This document shows positions 13,133 through 25,975 of a DNA stretch of 64,000 nt, in pieces. Both the position numbers and the translations under genes were made by a program. Source of the DNA: Octopus vulgaris (taxonomy: Eukaryota); assembly GCA_951406725.2 (NCBI GenBank), contig OX597832.1, positions 27,280,001 through 27,344,000 of the forward strand. Reading direction: 5' to 3'. The stretch's first letter is position 1. The number at the start of each line of letters is the position of its first letter. The notes under the pieces were generated by a model, which saw only the letters and a list, made by a program, of their open reading frames with translations, was not told the origin of the DNA and did no database searches.

Positions 13133-13267
13133 AATCTCCGACGAGGCCTATGGTTATATATATAAGTACCCTATTTTTAAATGCCCACTGCGTCAATATA
13201 ATTGACAACTATAGGCAATAAAAAAACTACTTTTATCCATAGGCTGAAACAGCTGTAAGGAGTGATT
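13133..13267 (+). ncRNA. Degenerate type I hammerhead with ~100-nt stem II region
   Basis: CCGACGA GGCCUAUGG...CCAUAGGCU GAAAC AGCU GUA AGGAG: U4>C core change, palindromic ACAGCUGU stem III, weak stem I. Confidence 0.6.
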
Positions 13268-13449
13268 TTAATGATTTCAATAATTTATATTATGATTTTT
13301 ATAATTGTATTCTTATCTTATATGTATTGAATTATAATGTATATATGTATGCTGTTAAGGTTCTCATTTTTGTTAAATGAATAAATAATTCAACATTCTA
13401 ATAACCGAAAGCTGATGAACAAACTAAATTGTTTCTCCATTTTCTTATT

Positions 13450-13519
<70 letters not shown>

Positions 13520-13570
13520 TGTGGTGTGTAAATATGAAGTAGTGGTATACGAAGTTTATATGTATTTTAG

Positions 13571-13603
<33 letters not shown>

Positions 13604-13606
<3 letters not shown>

Positions 13607-14520
13607 ACAGCTGAAATTGCAACTGCCGCTTGGATAGATGCAGGCTTCGTCAGTGAAGGTCATAATAAATATAGAATACAAGAAAAAGAATTAAAAGAAG
13701 AGCTCTCCTGTCTTTTGTTTGACAGAAGAAATTGTCCTATGCTTATCCCATTGTTCAAGCAATAAGATCAGGTGAAGCACCTCAGTCATTGGTTCTCTTG
13801 GAGATTGGACCTGTTAGTCACAGCCGTTGGTTAGCCGTTCAAGAATTTGGACCTGGAGATATCCATTTCCAGCGACTTCGTGGACCAACTCCTAGTGGTG
13901 TCGGACGTCAACGAAGAACCCTCGACTACAACAAGAGGACCAAATATTTTATCCAAGGTCTGGTGTCTCCCGTCCCTAAGCCATAGACCATCACCTAATC
14001 ACCCTTGACCCGTCTTGTTGCTTAACAACAACAACAAGCTGTTGGTTAACTACAGCCCTGCGCTTCAGCAGGTTTTGGATTTCCAGACACCAATTGAAGG
14101 GAAAGGATCTGAAGAATTTGAGATTAATTGTTGAATTTATAGTTGGTGTCTATCTTCCCAACTGGTTTAATACTAAGCTCAATCCAAAATGGGTCGATGG
14201 TGTCATTTACCTTCTGTTTCAATTGCAGCTTGTAAGAACACAGAATAAGTTGGTGAAGGATATCGTTATACCTGTAGTGAGGAGGATCCTCGCATGGTAT
14301 GTTCGATCAGAAGCAGTGTTGCAAGCAATGCTTTCCCAGCCAATGTTCAAATCTTTGTAACACCTCAAAGAATTGGAGGTACACCATTTGAAGATGACCA
14401 GTTAGGAAACTGCTCATTTAGTCAAAGAAAAGTTACCCAAATAAATGTCAATGCCACCAAGCTGTCTGAGTTGGTTGGTTTGAGTTCTGAGGCCTTGGAA
14501 CCACCATTGACAACAAATTG
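13604..14520 (+). pseudogene. Deleted, interrupted hAT-superfamily (hATm/hATx-like) transposase relic
   Basis: Segments TAEIATAAWIDAGFV...SCLLFDRR; YAYPIVQAIRSGEAPQSLVLLEIGPVSHSRWL[insertion]TTALRFSRFWIS...IVEFIVGVYLPNWFNTK; INVNATKLSELV...EPPLT. These resemble the FDGRKD, HSRWLTTA.R and EPPLT motifs of this transposase group. Confidence 0.7.
13834..14036 (+). mobile_element. Short retroposed element X, copy 1, with (CAA)n tail and 12-bp TSD
   Basis: Splits the HSRWL/TTA motif; flanked by AGCCGTTGGTTA (13822-13833) and AGCTGTTGGTTA (14037-14048). Confidence 0.85.
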
Positions 14521-14964
14521 GTTAATACCCATCTGCCTATTGCTGGCATTGCTTTCCCCATTTCGATATTTTCTTAAACTAACCAAAGTAATTGCAGATA
14601 AATTCTTATTTTTTCCAGCCTACAGTGCTTAAAGCAGGTTTTGGATTTCCAGACACCAATTGAAGGGAAAGGATCTGAAGAATTTTGAGATTCAATATGT
14701 CGACAGTTCTTTTTTTATTTACAACAGTTGTTAAATACCAACAAAATGTTTTTGCTTAAAAAATAATCTATTTAGAAATAATGAGACAAAGTGAAAAGCA
14801 AATTTTCTTTTTATAAACCAAAACAAAAATATTTTTTAATAAATTCTAAATTAGCGATGAAATTATTAAAACAAATTGGTTCGTTGTTAATTTGTCTAAT
14901 TTGGTGAATGGAGAATATTGCTACTAGTGTGTTCAATGGTATAACACTATTTGGAGACCAAGCA

Positions 14965-15164
14965 ACTTCACTCTCAACAGTCTACTTAGCTGTAAGTAGG
15001 AACCACAATCTGGTATAGTTCACTATAATGTATCCATGACCAACACAACTGTCAACAGCTCAGTCTACCTAGCTGTATGTAGGTACAACAGTGTGGTATA
15101 GTTCACTGTACTATGCCCTTGACCAACAGACTTAACTGTCAACAGCCCGCTCTACCTAGCCTCA
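14965..15164. repeat. ~85-bp tandem repeat, about 3 units, third unit interrupted by element X
   Basis: CTAC(C/T)TAGC anchors at 14982, 15065 and 15152; TGGTATAGTTCACT appears twice. Confidence 0.7.
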
Positions 15165-15378
15165 GTTGTTGTTGTTGTTGTTGTTGTTGAGCAACCAGAC
15201 GGGTAAGGGTGATTAGGTGATGGTCTAGGGCTTTGGAGCGGGAGACCACAGACCTTGGGGAAAAAACTTTGGTCATCTTGTTGTAGTCGATGGCTCTTCG
15301 TTGACGCCCAACACCACTGGGAGGTGGCCTTCGAAGTCGCTGAAAATGGAGATCTCCAGGTCCAAATTCTTGAACGAC
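15165..15378 (-). mobile_element. Short retroposed element X, copy 2
   Basis: Colinear with 13834-14036, same 5' start G(C/T)CGTTCAAGAATTTGG, (CAA)n tail; imperfect TSD TACCTAGCCTCA / TACCTCGCTGCA. Confidence 0.85.
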
Positions 15379-16685
15379 TACCTCGCTGCATGTAGGTTTT
15401 GGTTCATGGCCAAGATGCTTAACTTTCAACGGTTCAGTCTACCAAAGCTCTTAAATAAATTCCACATGTACTGCACTGCATTGTGTCCATGATCAAGGAA
15501 ATTAACTGTGAATAGTCTGGTCTATTCCGCCTTTAAATGGCTTTTGCTTCTATATGCGCAGCAGCTACGACTCCACCCCTTAACGACAAGTCGTAATCCT
15601 TTCTTTCGGCACCCACCACAGGGTACGACTTCTGGATTGCTTTGATTCTGTTGCTTCATAAAATCTTGTATAACCGGAGTGATCTGCATATCACCTGCTA
15701 ATAGTGTGCTGTGAAGTTGACTACGAACCACGATATATATAATTCCACATACTCTGCAGTGTTCTGTGAAGAAGATCTCAGCTTAGCATTAGCAAGAGTA
15801 GATTTGAATTGTTCTTTGTTCCCCTACAAGTATGCCCTTGGTGTCTTTAGCTCTATATACATATTTCATTTTCATTATCTGTCATGCCTGTATATACATA
15901 TTTAATTTTCATTCTCTGTCACACCTGTATGATAGCTTCGGGCAGAAATACATTTGTCTTTGTCACGTAAAGCTACCACATAGTCTTTCTTTCGTCTAAA
16001 TGTTTCCATGTCTAAATTTTGCTAATCAACTGAAAGATTTATGTGCAAAAGACGAAACCTGTGTTCCATCCAAAGTCTGTCATTGTTTTCATTTGCAAAG
16101 TGTGTGCGTGAGTGTGCGTCTGTATTTGCAACTGCTGTTGCCAAAAATATCACGAGAATTTTTCATACCGATATCAATAGAAAAGTAATTTTTTCTATAA
16201 AAAATATATGTTGTTGTACAATATTTTTCTATTTTTTCTGCTTGTTTTCTCAGCAGTTATTTCATTAAATTTTTCATCGAGGGGGCGTTGTTAGCGATAT
16301 GTCTCTACATGTACAGAGGCAAATAAGAAAGAAAAGTTATTCGTCTAAAAGTAAACCCTATTTTTTTTTTCTTGTTTTCTGAACCCAGTTTGGGCAGACA
16401 TCCAAATCCTTCTAAATTCTGTGTTTGAGAATATATTGAAAATAATTAAATAAATAAATAAATAAAATGAAATAAATAAATATACAAATACTCCATGTTG
16501 TTGATGCTGTTGTACGTAATAAAATGAAGCGCTTTGAAGAGCAACTTGAAAACTCCACTAAACAGATCAACAGCAGATAATAATAATAATAATAATAATT
16601 ATATTGAAAACTAGAATACAACATGAAATTCTTTACTTCCATCAGCTATTAGATTAACAAACGCATGCACACACATGCATATATA

Positions 16686-16737
<52 letters not shown>

Positions 16738-16966
16738 CATATACATACATATATATACATATATATACATATATATATACATACATATATATACATATAT
16801 ATATACATACATATATATATATATACATATATATGCATGTATAAATACATGCATATAATTTGTATATATACATATACGAGTGTGTATACACGGACATACA
16901 CACACACACATACACACACACACACACACTCTCTCTCTCTCTCATACACACACACATACACACACA

Positions 16967-17001
<35 letters not shown>

Positions 17002-17149
17002 TGTAGCAGATTTTAGTACAGTTTAGTAGCTATTTAACATACGGTCTTTGAAAAAAAATTTATTTATATTTCTTCTTATTTGTTAATTTTTATTTCAGCA
17101 AATGGAACGCTGAAGTATAAAATATTTAAATTCTAGAATATGTCTGCCC

Positions 17150-17218
<69 letters not shown>

Positions 17219-17289
17219 TGCCCGTTTATGCATAATGTTTCCTCTGAAGTCTGTGTGGTATGAAGTGTGCAGTTGTTCATGTGTATGTG

Positions 17290-17337
<48 letters not shown>

Positions 17338-17789
17338 TATGTGTGTGTTCGCGAGTGTATAATTGTGTATCTGTGATCGAAAGTTAGTGTGTGTGCATTC
17401 AGACACATATACATATTTATACACACACATACTTATACACACACATATTTATATACACATATATTTATACACACATATATACACATATATTTATACACAC
17501 ATAAGCACACACACACACACACACACAAATATATATGTATTCCTACATATGCACATATATACACACCTGAAATTCTTCGTACATACAAACAGCAATATAT
17601 TTTAACCATACAACATACAACACACACACACACACAGGCCAATACACACACACACTCACACACACGCATACACACAGATACACACACACGGATAATGAAA
17701 AGTTCAAGTTGACTTAGAGTTCAAAATTCGCCTACCAGCTTATATATAATGCCTTTATACATACATGTGCGTATATATGCATGCATGCA

Positions 17790-18219
17790 TACATACATAC
17801 ATATGTGCGTTTGTGCGCATACATATCCATATATAATTTGTAAGCATATACATACATACATTTATCTATATACATATGTGTGCGTTTGCGTGTATACATA
17901 TTCATATATAATTTGTAAGTATATACATACATACATTTATCTATATACATATGTGTGCGTTTGCGTGTATATATATTCATATATAATTTGTAAGCATATA
18001 TATACATACATTTATCTATATACATATGTATGCGTTTGCGTGTATATATATTCATATATAATTTGTAAGTATAAACATACATACATTTATCTATATACAT
18101 ATGTTTGCGTTTGCGTGTATATATATTCATATATAATTTGTAAGCATAAACATACATACATTTATTTATATACATATGTATGCGTTTGCGTGTATATATA
18201 TTCATATATAATTTGTAAA
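17790..18219. repeat. 75-bp minisatellite, about 6 copies
   Basis: ATAATTTGTAA recurs every 75 bp (about 17833 to 18208); the ORF track shows a 25-aa periodicity. Confidence 0.9.
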
Positions 18220-18692
18220 CACTCGCACGAACGCGCGCTGACACACAGACGCACACACACACACACACGCATACACACACACACACACACACACACACGC
18301 ATACACACACACAAGTGCACATGAAATATTCGTGAGTCGATTAGTTATTCTGAAGGCACCTTCGACAGAGAAACAAACATTGGGAAACGAAATAAATTGA
18401 TAGAAATAAGAGGAACGAGGCTAAATTTAGTTTGTTCACATGATTCTAATTTGGAAATGTCAGTGAAAGCCGCAATCTCCGGAGACCAAACTGTGCTTTT
18501 CACCTGAGGATACGTTTTGTCTTACCGATTAGCGTCTTTGCATCCGCCATCTTGGCTGAGTATATTTAACTTAAAGTAATATTTCCATTGGTGACGTAAG
18601 AGTGACGTAACAAACAACTATTATCGAGTGGGGAAAAGATGGAAACGAGAAAAATATCATATATTACGACTTCCTGTTGTTTAAGCGAGCAG

Positions 18693-18743
<51 letters not shown>

Positions 18744-18797
18744 TATATGTATGTATATATATATAAAAGGTTATATGTATATATATATATAATATGC

Positions 18798-18834
<37 letters not shown>

Positions 18835-18849
18835 TATGTATGTTATATG

Positions 18850-18882
<33 letters not shown>

Positions 18883-19025
18883 ATGTATGTATACATAAAA
18901 TATATAATATATAATATTTACGCATAGTTACATGAGAATGAATACGCATGCCTATAGTATATGTGTATTTGTGTGTCTACATACATGTATATGCATATAT
19001 GCATGAGTGTTTATATGCAGGTACG

Positions 19026-19058
<33 letters not shown>

Positions 19059-19108
19059 GTAGGCAGAAATATACACTTATCTGTGGCTGTCTATCTAATT
19101 CTCTCTCC

Positions 19109-19187
<79 letters not shown>

Positions 19188-21169
19188 CAAACGCGTCAAG
19201 GAATGCTTTTTGAGGCAGGAAAGCAGTCTAACCTAATGTTTAGAGCTTTATGTTATGTAAACAAACGCTGAATTAGGAACTGTTTGCGGCATAAATACAT
19301 CCAGATCTATGTTCCACACACACACACACACACGATGAATGCATGTATACGTATGTGCATGTATGCATACATATATACACACACACACACACACACATAA
19401 ACCCGTATAACTTTTATATTATTAATAATATTTTGCAATTATGGGACAAGGCCAGCAATTTTGAGGGGAGGGTGCGAGTCAGTTTCATCGAACCCAGTTG
19501 TTTATTTTATAAAAGATGAAAGGTAAAGTTTACCATGGTGGGATTTGAACTCGCAATGCAAAGGGGCGGAGAAAATGCTCTTGAGCATTTTAACTGATGC
19601 AGTAACGATTCTACCAGTTCATCACCTCAACAACAACAACAACAATAATAATCTTTTCTGGAAGAAATTCAAAAAGTGTGCCCATGGGAACTTCACATAC
19701 CCTACGTAAAATATTGTCTATGTAATCCCCCAAACATTTTAATCCGTAAACACTGTCAAAATACTTCTAAATGTACATAACAGCAAACACTTTCTGTTGT
19801 CATCTTAACATCAGACTACCATTTTATAATTAAATTACTTTAAAAACAAACTTCTAATTTACTTATGTTTTGACAGACATTCCTCAGAACAATACTCAGA
19901 ACAAAACCAAATATATAGCACCAATATTACCATCCAATATTACAATCCTAAGAAAAGCAGTATTACAAAACCTTAGGATTGCTTCGAGGAATGCGTTTGC
20001 ATTGGGCGAGTTTTCCAGCCGATACAAATTGTCGCATTTTTCTCATCAGAGGTACAAATAAATCGATGAAAATAGTTGAAAAATTAAGAAAGCTTAAAAT
20101 ATCTTCTACTTACAGAACTTGAAGTCATATAGAGTAATGTTATATATTTTTTTTTAAATGCTATAGTATTTTTAAAGAAGTTCGCAAGGATATTGAAAAA
20201 AGGCTTTGTGAAGTGGAAAAAGTTGTGAAGTAAAACATTTGTGCGAATGAAAATGAAATTAAGAATATTTTAAAAAATAAAATGAAATAAAACGAGGACT
20301 CAAATTTCTGGCTAAATCTGGTTCACCATATAAGACATTTAGATTGCTGATAATTAAAGATAGTAAATAATTAAGATTGGGCGAATCCATATATGCAGAT
20401 TGTTAAGGGGAGCAGTCTAAACATTCACGTGATATTTGTGATTTATTATTTATAATGATCTTACATATAAAGGTTAAAGGTTCGAATACGACTCTAAGCC
20501 CGTGAATTACTAAGATACCAAAATGTAAAGAATTTTACGCTTAAATTTTAAGTTGATCAAATCTTACCAAAGAGGAAGAAATTATTATTTCATTAAGGTA
20601 AGTCGATGTTCATAAGATCGGATTCTATCCTTTCTACTTTTTAAAAAACTTATTTGTAGCTAACTATTTATGCCTACATGCTATTATAACGTCCAATATT
20701 TTATTAATTAAGATTTTCCTGTCTGTACGATGTATACTAATTGCCTCCTTCGTATATAACTTACACCTTCCAGTATACGTTTTATAGGCAGTGGTTTATG
20801 ATCGACCATTCTAATCTAAATTCCTAATCTCGCAGTTTTAGTTCGTTAATACATGTAGCCAGCGCTGTTGCGTTTTTTCTACCTGGGTTCGAGAATGAGC
20901 TGATGTGTCCTCTATATCTCGTTTTCAAATCCGTGGTACATCCTATGTATACTTTTCTGGGTTGATTGGCAGTTATGACCTCAGTCTTGTATACAACCTT
21001 TTTTCCTTAGAAAGGAATCCTCTAATAGACATAAATTCCGGTTCCGACAATTGCAGACTTTATTTCGGTTGCTCATCCCTGTGCGTTCTTAATCTATGTT
21101 ATCATTAATCTTACTCGTACTGGGGTTACCCAAGTTCCCGTAATTTCCACTCTCGAATCTATTGTTCCC

Positions 21170-21787
21170 TGCATAGATTTTTACAGTTCTAGTGATGGAT
21201 TGGACCTGTAGTCCTCAAATCAGCTTTCTCCTTTCTGGTTTTAAGAAGCCTAATTTCTCAAGATTGATATTTATGCAGTGTGTTACATATCTCAGGACCC
21301 TAATAATTACAGGTATAAACCTGAACTTATAATCTGAATAGAGTAAATGCAGATTTCTCAACAGCTCAGCGTAGGTATGCACTCTTTCACTGATCTTCAG
21401 CTTTATGTTAACATCCGCCGGTTAGCTGATTTCCACAACTGCACACAGTTTCTCTTCCCTATCCCAAATCATTATATCAAATCTATTGCGCTTACATTTT
21501 ATTGAGGTCTTCACTGGAATATTCCATCAGTACTTCTTTTTATTATGAGTGGCTATGGCTTCTACCATACCTCGGTTCTTATTTCTTTGTCTTCGCGGTT
21601 TTCCTTTCGACGGATTTCATTATACAGTGTCTTTGCTACATCATGTCTCATCGGTAGATAATGTCGTGAAGACATTTTCGGAGAACAGCTTCTGATGTGG
21701 GTGATATCCTCGGTGTTAACTTAACAAAATCTGCACCGGTTGTCAGATTTTGCTGCTTTTCCTGCATCCCTGTCTCTCTTTTGTGCA
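21170..21787 (-). mobile_element. R4/Dong-like non-LTR retrotransposon, zinc knuckle plus RLE domain (decayed)
   Basis: Minus translation CRFC..NTEDITHIRSC...RHDVAK...RNRFDIMIWDREEKLCAVVEIS.P...FIPVII contains the CCHC, RHD and PD-(D/E)xK-type motifs, with stops. Confidence 0.8.
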
Positions 21788-21965
21788 TTAGGTATTTGGT
21801 CGATATTTCTTGTTCTTGTATGCATGAATGTATGTATGTATGTATGTATGTATGTATATAAGAAAAATGTTGACAGTGACTTCGAACGGGGACAAGTTTA
21901 ACGTTAATATGTCACTGTATGTAAAAACCAACACTAATGCACGCATGCATACATGCGCATAAATA

Positions 21966-22009
<44 letters not shown>

Positions 22010-22083
22010 AGAGTGAATATAGTGTGTGTATATAACAGTGTATTGTCCTTGAAGTATGTGCGTACACTTCACGAATATGTACG

Positions 22084-22138
<55 letters not shown>

Positions 22139-23151
22139 TCAATATTCCAACTAACTTATAATACAGTTTAACGTTGCCAACAGCAACCACAAAAATCAAC
22201 ATATTCATGTCTTATTTTTTTTCCCGCCTTCTCTGCTATCGTTTTCCCAAACATATTAGTTTAAACGTAGCAGTTGAATTACTTACACGATCCATCATAA
22301 CATCAGATGTGGAAATCTCTAAGCATCAGCAGAACTACTGCCAGATATCTCTTTTCTTCTACATGTCAGTTTGTCAAATTACCATTATGTTCCTGATGCT
22401 CGGTGCCAATTACTTGATATATTAAACAGGGCTGCGAAATGGAATGACGTTGCCTCCCTCGGGTACTAATTTCCAGCCCACGTCACTTAGTGCACCACTA
22501 TTATCATCTTCCCCCTCATTGCTTTCGTTTCTTCTCATGTAATCGTTCCTTCGCAGCCGACAGATCCAAGCAGGAAAAAATTAGGTGTTTTTTTCTTCAC
22601 GTTTTGTTTGCTGCGAATAATCACTCTATTATCTCGGATCTTTTTAATCAATGTTTTTCCTTAGCGAAATAAATATGTGTTACGTATTGTATATTATATA
22701 TTATTTAAGGAGAGCTGTGTTATTCGGCGATAAGCACTTTCGTTTCCTATTCACCGAAGAAGTCTTTGCAGAGTCGATCGACCTACTCCAACTGAAATAG
22801 CAGCTAAATTTCCATGAAGTCACATCCTACATTAGATAATGTCGCAGGCACCTAAGCAAAAATGGGATAGTCACGAGTAGTGGGAAAACTCATTCAAATA
22901 AAAGGGGTTCTTGGTAGTGAAAATGTTGGGAACCTCTGTTATAGAGTGGTATTTAAAAGGGGCTTCGCACCTGTCTTAGCATTTCGAAATAATAATAATA
23001 ATTGTCGCGCACATATGGTTGTGATGTATGTGCCTGGTGTACCCTTATCAGACGGGTAGTCATGATGGGTATACTGGGCTTCGTATATTTTACCACAGTG
23101 TCACTTTGATGGCATGCACTGCTCTCTCAATAATAATAATAATAATTTGAT

Positions 23152-23325
23152 AAGCTCAGAAAATATAAAGATTTGCAAATTGAAATCAAAAAGATGTGGC
23201 ATCTCAAGACGGTTACAATACCAGTGGTTGTAGGAGCACTTGGAATGATCAAAAAAGGAACTGAAAATTATTTAAGAATGATCCCAGGCTAACCATCCAC
23301 ACAGGAACTGCAAAAGACTGTCCTC
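23152..23325 (+). mobile_element. R4/Dong-like RLE C-terminal fragment next to (TAA)n
   Basis: KLRKYKDLQIEIKKMWHLKTVTIPVVVGALGMIKK...ELQKTVL. Confidence 0.8.
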
Positions 23326-23574
23326 CCCACTTTTGTTTTATTTATTTACTTTCATACTTTAAAAAATGTTTTTTTCCTTTTTCTCTGTCACATGACTTTG
23401 TAAATTAACAATCTGGTGTGTTTATTTTAATGGTCTACCAGTGTTCAACTGGTACTTATTTTATCGATCCCGAAAAGATGGAAGGCAAAGTCGACCTCGG
23501 CGGAATTTGAACTCAGAACCTAGCAACGGGCGAAAAACCGCTAAGCATTTCGCCCAGCGCGACAGCTCGCCGTC

Positions 23575-23576
<2 letters not shown>

Positions 23577-23626
<50 letters not shown>

Positions 23627-23655
23627 TAATTATAATAATGATAATAATAATGATG

Positions 23656-23697
<42 letters not shown>

Positions 23698-23962
23698 TGA
23701 TAATTATAATAATAATAATGGTAATAATAATAATAATAATTATAATAATAATAATAATGATGATGATAATAATAATAATAATGATAATAATAATAATAAT
23801 AATAATAATGATAATTATAATAATAATAATGGTAATAATAATAATAATAATTATAATAATAATAATAATAATAATGATAATTATAATAATAATAATGGTA
23901 ATAATAATGAAAATAATAATAATAATAATAATGATAATAATAATAATAATAATAATAATGAT
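23577..23962. repeat. Long (TAA)n microsatellite
   Basis: About 385 bp of TAA/TGA repeats. Confidence 0.95.
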
Positions 23963-23964
23963 AG

Positions 23965-24300
23965 TAAAGGCGAATGATAATTACAGGATTGTATGGGAAT
24001 TCTTCATTGAAGCAAGGAACCCAGATATGATTATAGAGGACAAAATCCTGTGTAAGATTATAGGAGCTGATACCAAAATAATTGAAAAATGAATTCAGAA
24101 ATTATTAGGAATAAACGAAAATGGTGAAGAGATTGTAAAAACCAAAGCTGAAAATGATTCCTGAAGTAATTGGTGCATTTGGCAACACACCAAAGCTGCT
24201 ACGTAAAACACCGAAAGATACCGGAATTGAAGCGTGTATTGTTACTCTGCAGAAAGTGCCATCGTGTAATATGCAAGAATCCAGAGAAAGATTCTTGCGA
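23965..24300 (+). mobile_element. R4/Dong-like RLE fragment following (TAA)n
   Basis: NDNYRIVWEF...ARNPDMIIEDK...IPEVIGAFG...TLQKV. Confidence 0.65.
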
Positions 24301-24334
24301 TTTCAGAAGAGTTCTCTCCAAATTTCAGGGGTCA

Positions 24335-24887
24335 CAAAGCCTGAAATTTGGTGGGTGGGGCACTCAAATGGTATTTATTTCATCGATCTCGAAAGGATGA
24401 AAGGCAAAGTCGACCTCGGCGGAATTTGAACTCAGAACGCAGAGACGGACGAAATACCTATTTCTATTTCTGTACTACCCACAGGGGGCCAAACACAGAG
24501 AGGACAAACGAGGACAGACAAACGGATTAAGTCGATTACATCGACCCCAGTGCGTAACTGGTACTTATTTAATCGACCCCAAAAGGATGAAAGGCAAAGT
24601 CGACCTCGGCGGAATTTGAACTTAGAACGCAGAGATGGAGGAAATACCTATTTCTATTTCTGTACTACCCACAAGGGGCCAAACACAGAGAGGACAAACG
24701 AGGACAGACAAACGGATTAAGTCGATTACATCGACCCCAGTGCGTAACTGGTACTTATTTAATCGACCCTGAAAGGATGAAAGGCAATGTCGACCTCGGC
24801 GGAATTTGAACTCAGAACGTAGCGGCAGACGAAATACGGCTAAGCGTTTCGCCCGGTGCGCCAATGATTCTACCAGCTCGCCGCCTT
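24335..24887 (-). mobile_element. SINE family A tandem trimer
   Basis: One head (GGCGGCGAGCTGGTAGAATC) and three successive GGATGAAAGGCAA.GTCGACCTCGGCGGAATTTGAAC blocks about 190 bp apart. Confidence 0.9.
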
Positions 24888-24903
24888 AATAATAATAATA
24901 ATG

Positions 24904-24949
<46 letters not shown>

Positions 24950-25724
24950 TGATGATGATGATGATGATTGAGGCTCAAGACAGTGATTTTGAGCACATGC
25001 GTGTTGATTGATATCCTCGACCACAGTACAAGCCTGGCACTCGAATTTTTAACGCCCCCCCCACAAGGGATGAAAGGCAAAGTTGTCTTCAGTAAGATAT
25101 GAACTCAGAATGTAAAGAGCTGAAACAAATACCGCAAGGCATTTTCCCCGACTCTGCCAAACCACCACCGCCATCACCACCACCACCACCACCACCACCA
25201 CCACCACCACCACCACCACCACCACCACCACCACCACCACCTCCACTACCACCACCACCACCACCACCAACAACAACAACACCGCCACCACTACCACTAC
25301 CACCACCACCACCACCACCGCAAATGCAAGTACCTAATATTAGTGATTATGTAATTTCTCTTTCTCCTTTTTTCTCTTTCTCTGAGGGCTTTGTGTGTGT
25401 GTGTGTGTGCGTGTGTGCGCTCGCGCGTGCGTGTGCGCGTGTGATAAGGTTAACAAAAAACTCAAGCGTTAGCACCCCACCCCACCAATTCTACTGGCAC
25501 CCATCCGTAGAAACAGTGCCGCAAGGTCTTCGCATTCTTCTATTCTGATAAATAACAGACAGAGAAGCGAAGTAAGAATCTCAGCAAAGGTTCCCCTGAG
25601 AATTCGAGGAAATAACTTGCTCCGCCTCTGCGATAACCCGGAATTTTACCAAAACTAAACAAATATCACAGCATCTCAGAGTGTTTGGGTTGCAGTTGGA
25701 AAGTACAGGAATTGTCTTGGGGTG

Positions 25725-25975
25725 TTGTGGCTTAGTGGATTAGTGGCTAAGGTGTTGCATTCATGGTCGCTATATCACGGTTTCGATTCCAGGGCCGATC
25801 AGTGAATTGTCTTCTTGGGCAAGACACTTCATTTCACGTTGCACCAGTCCACTCAGCTGTAAAGGGTTAACCCTGCGATAGACAGGTGTCTCGTTCAGCG
25901 GGGAACGTTGTGATATCGGTTATATCTACGCCATGAAAACTGGGCAACCGGCCCTATGAGTTCAAGGGCACGAGA
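25725..25975 (+). mobile_element. tRNA-derived CORE-type SINE
   Basis: TGGCTTAGTGG A box, GTTTCGATTCC B box, TTCTTGGGCAAGACACTT; related decayed copy at ~4830-5110. Confidence 0.7.

Noticed and set aside
15522-15731. TLLAGDMQITPV resembling a PIF1/Helitron helicase motif
   Set aside because: Single short motif; flanking residues do not continue the alignment
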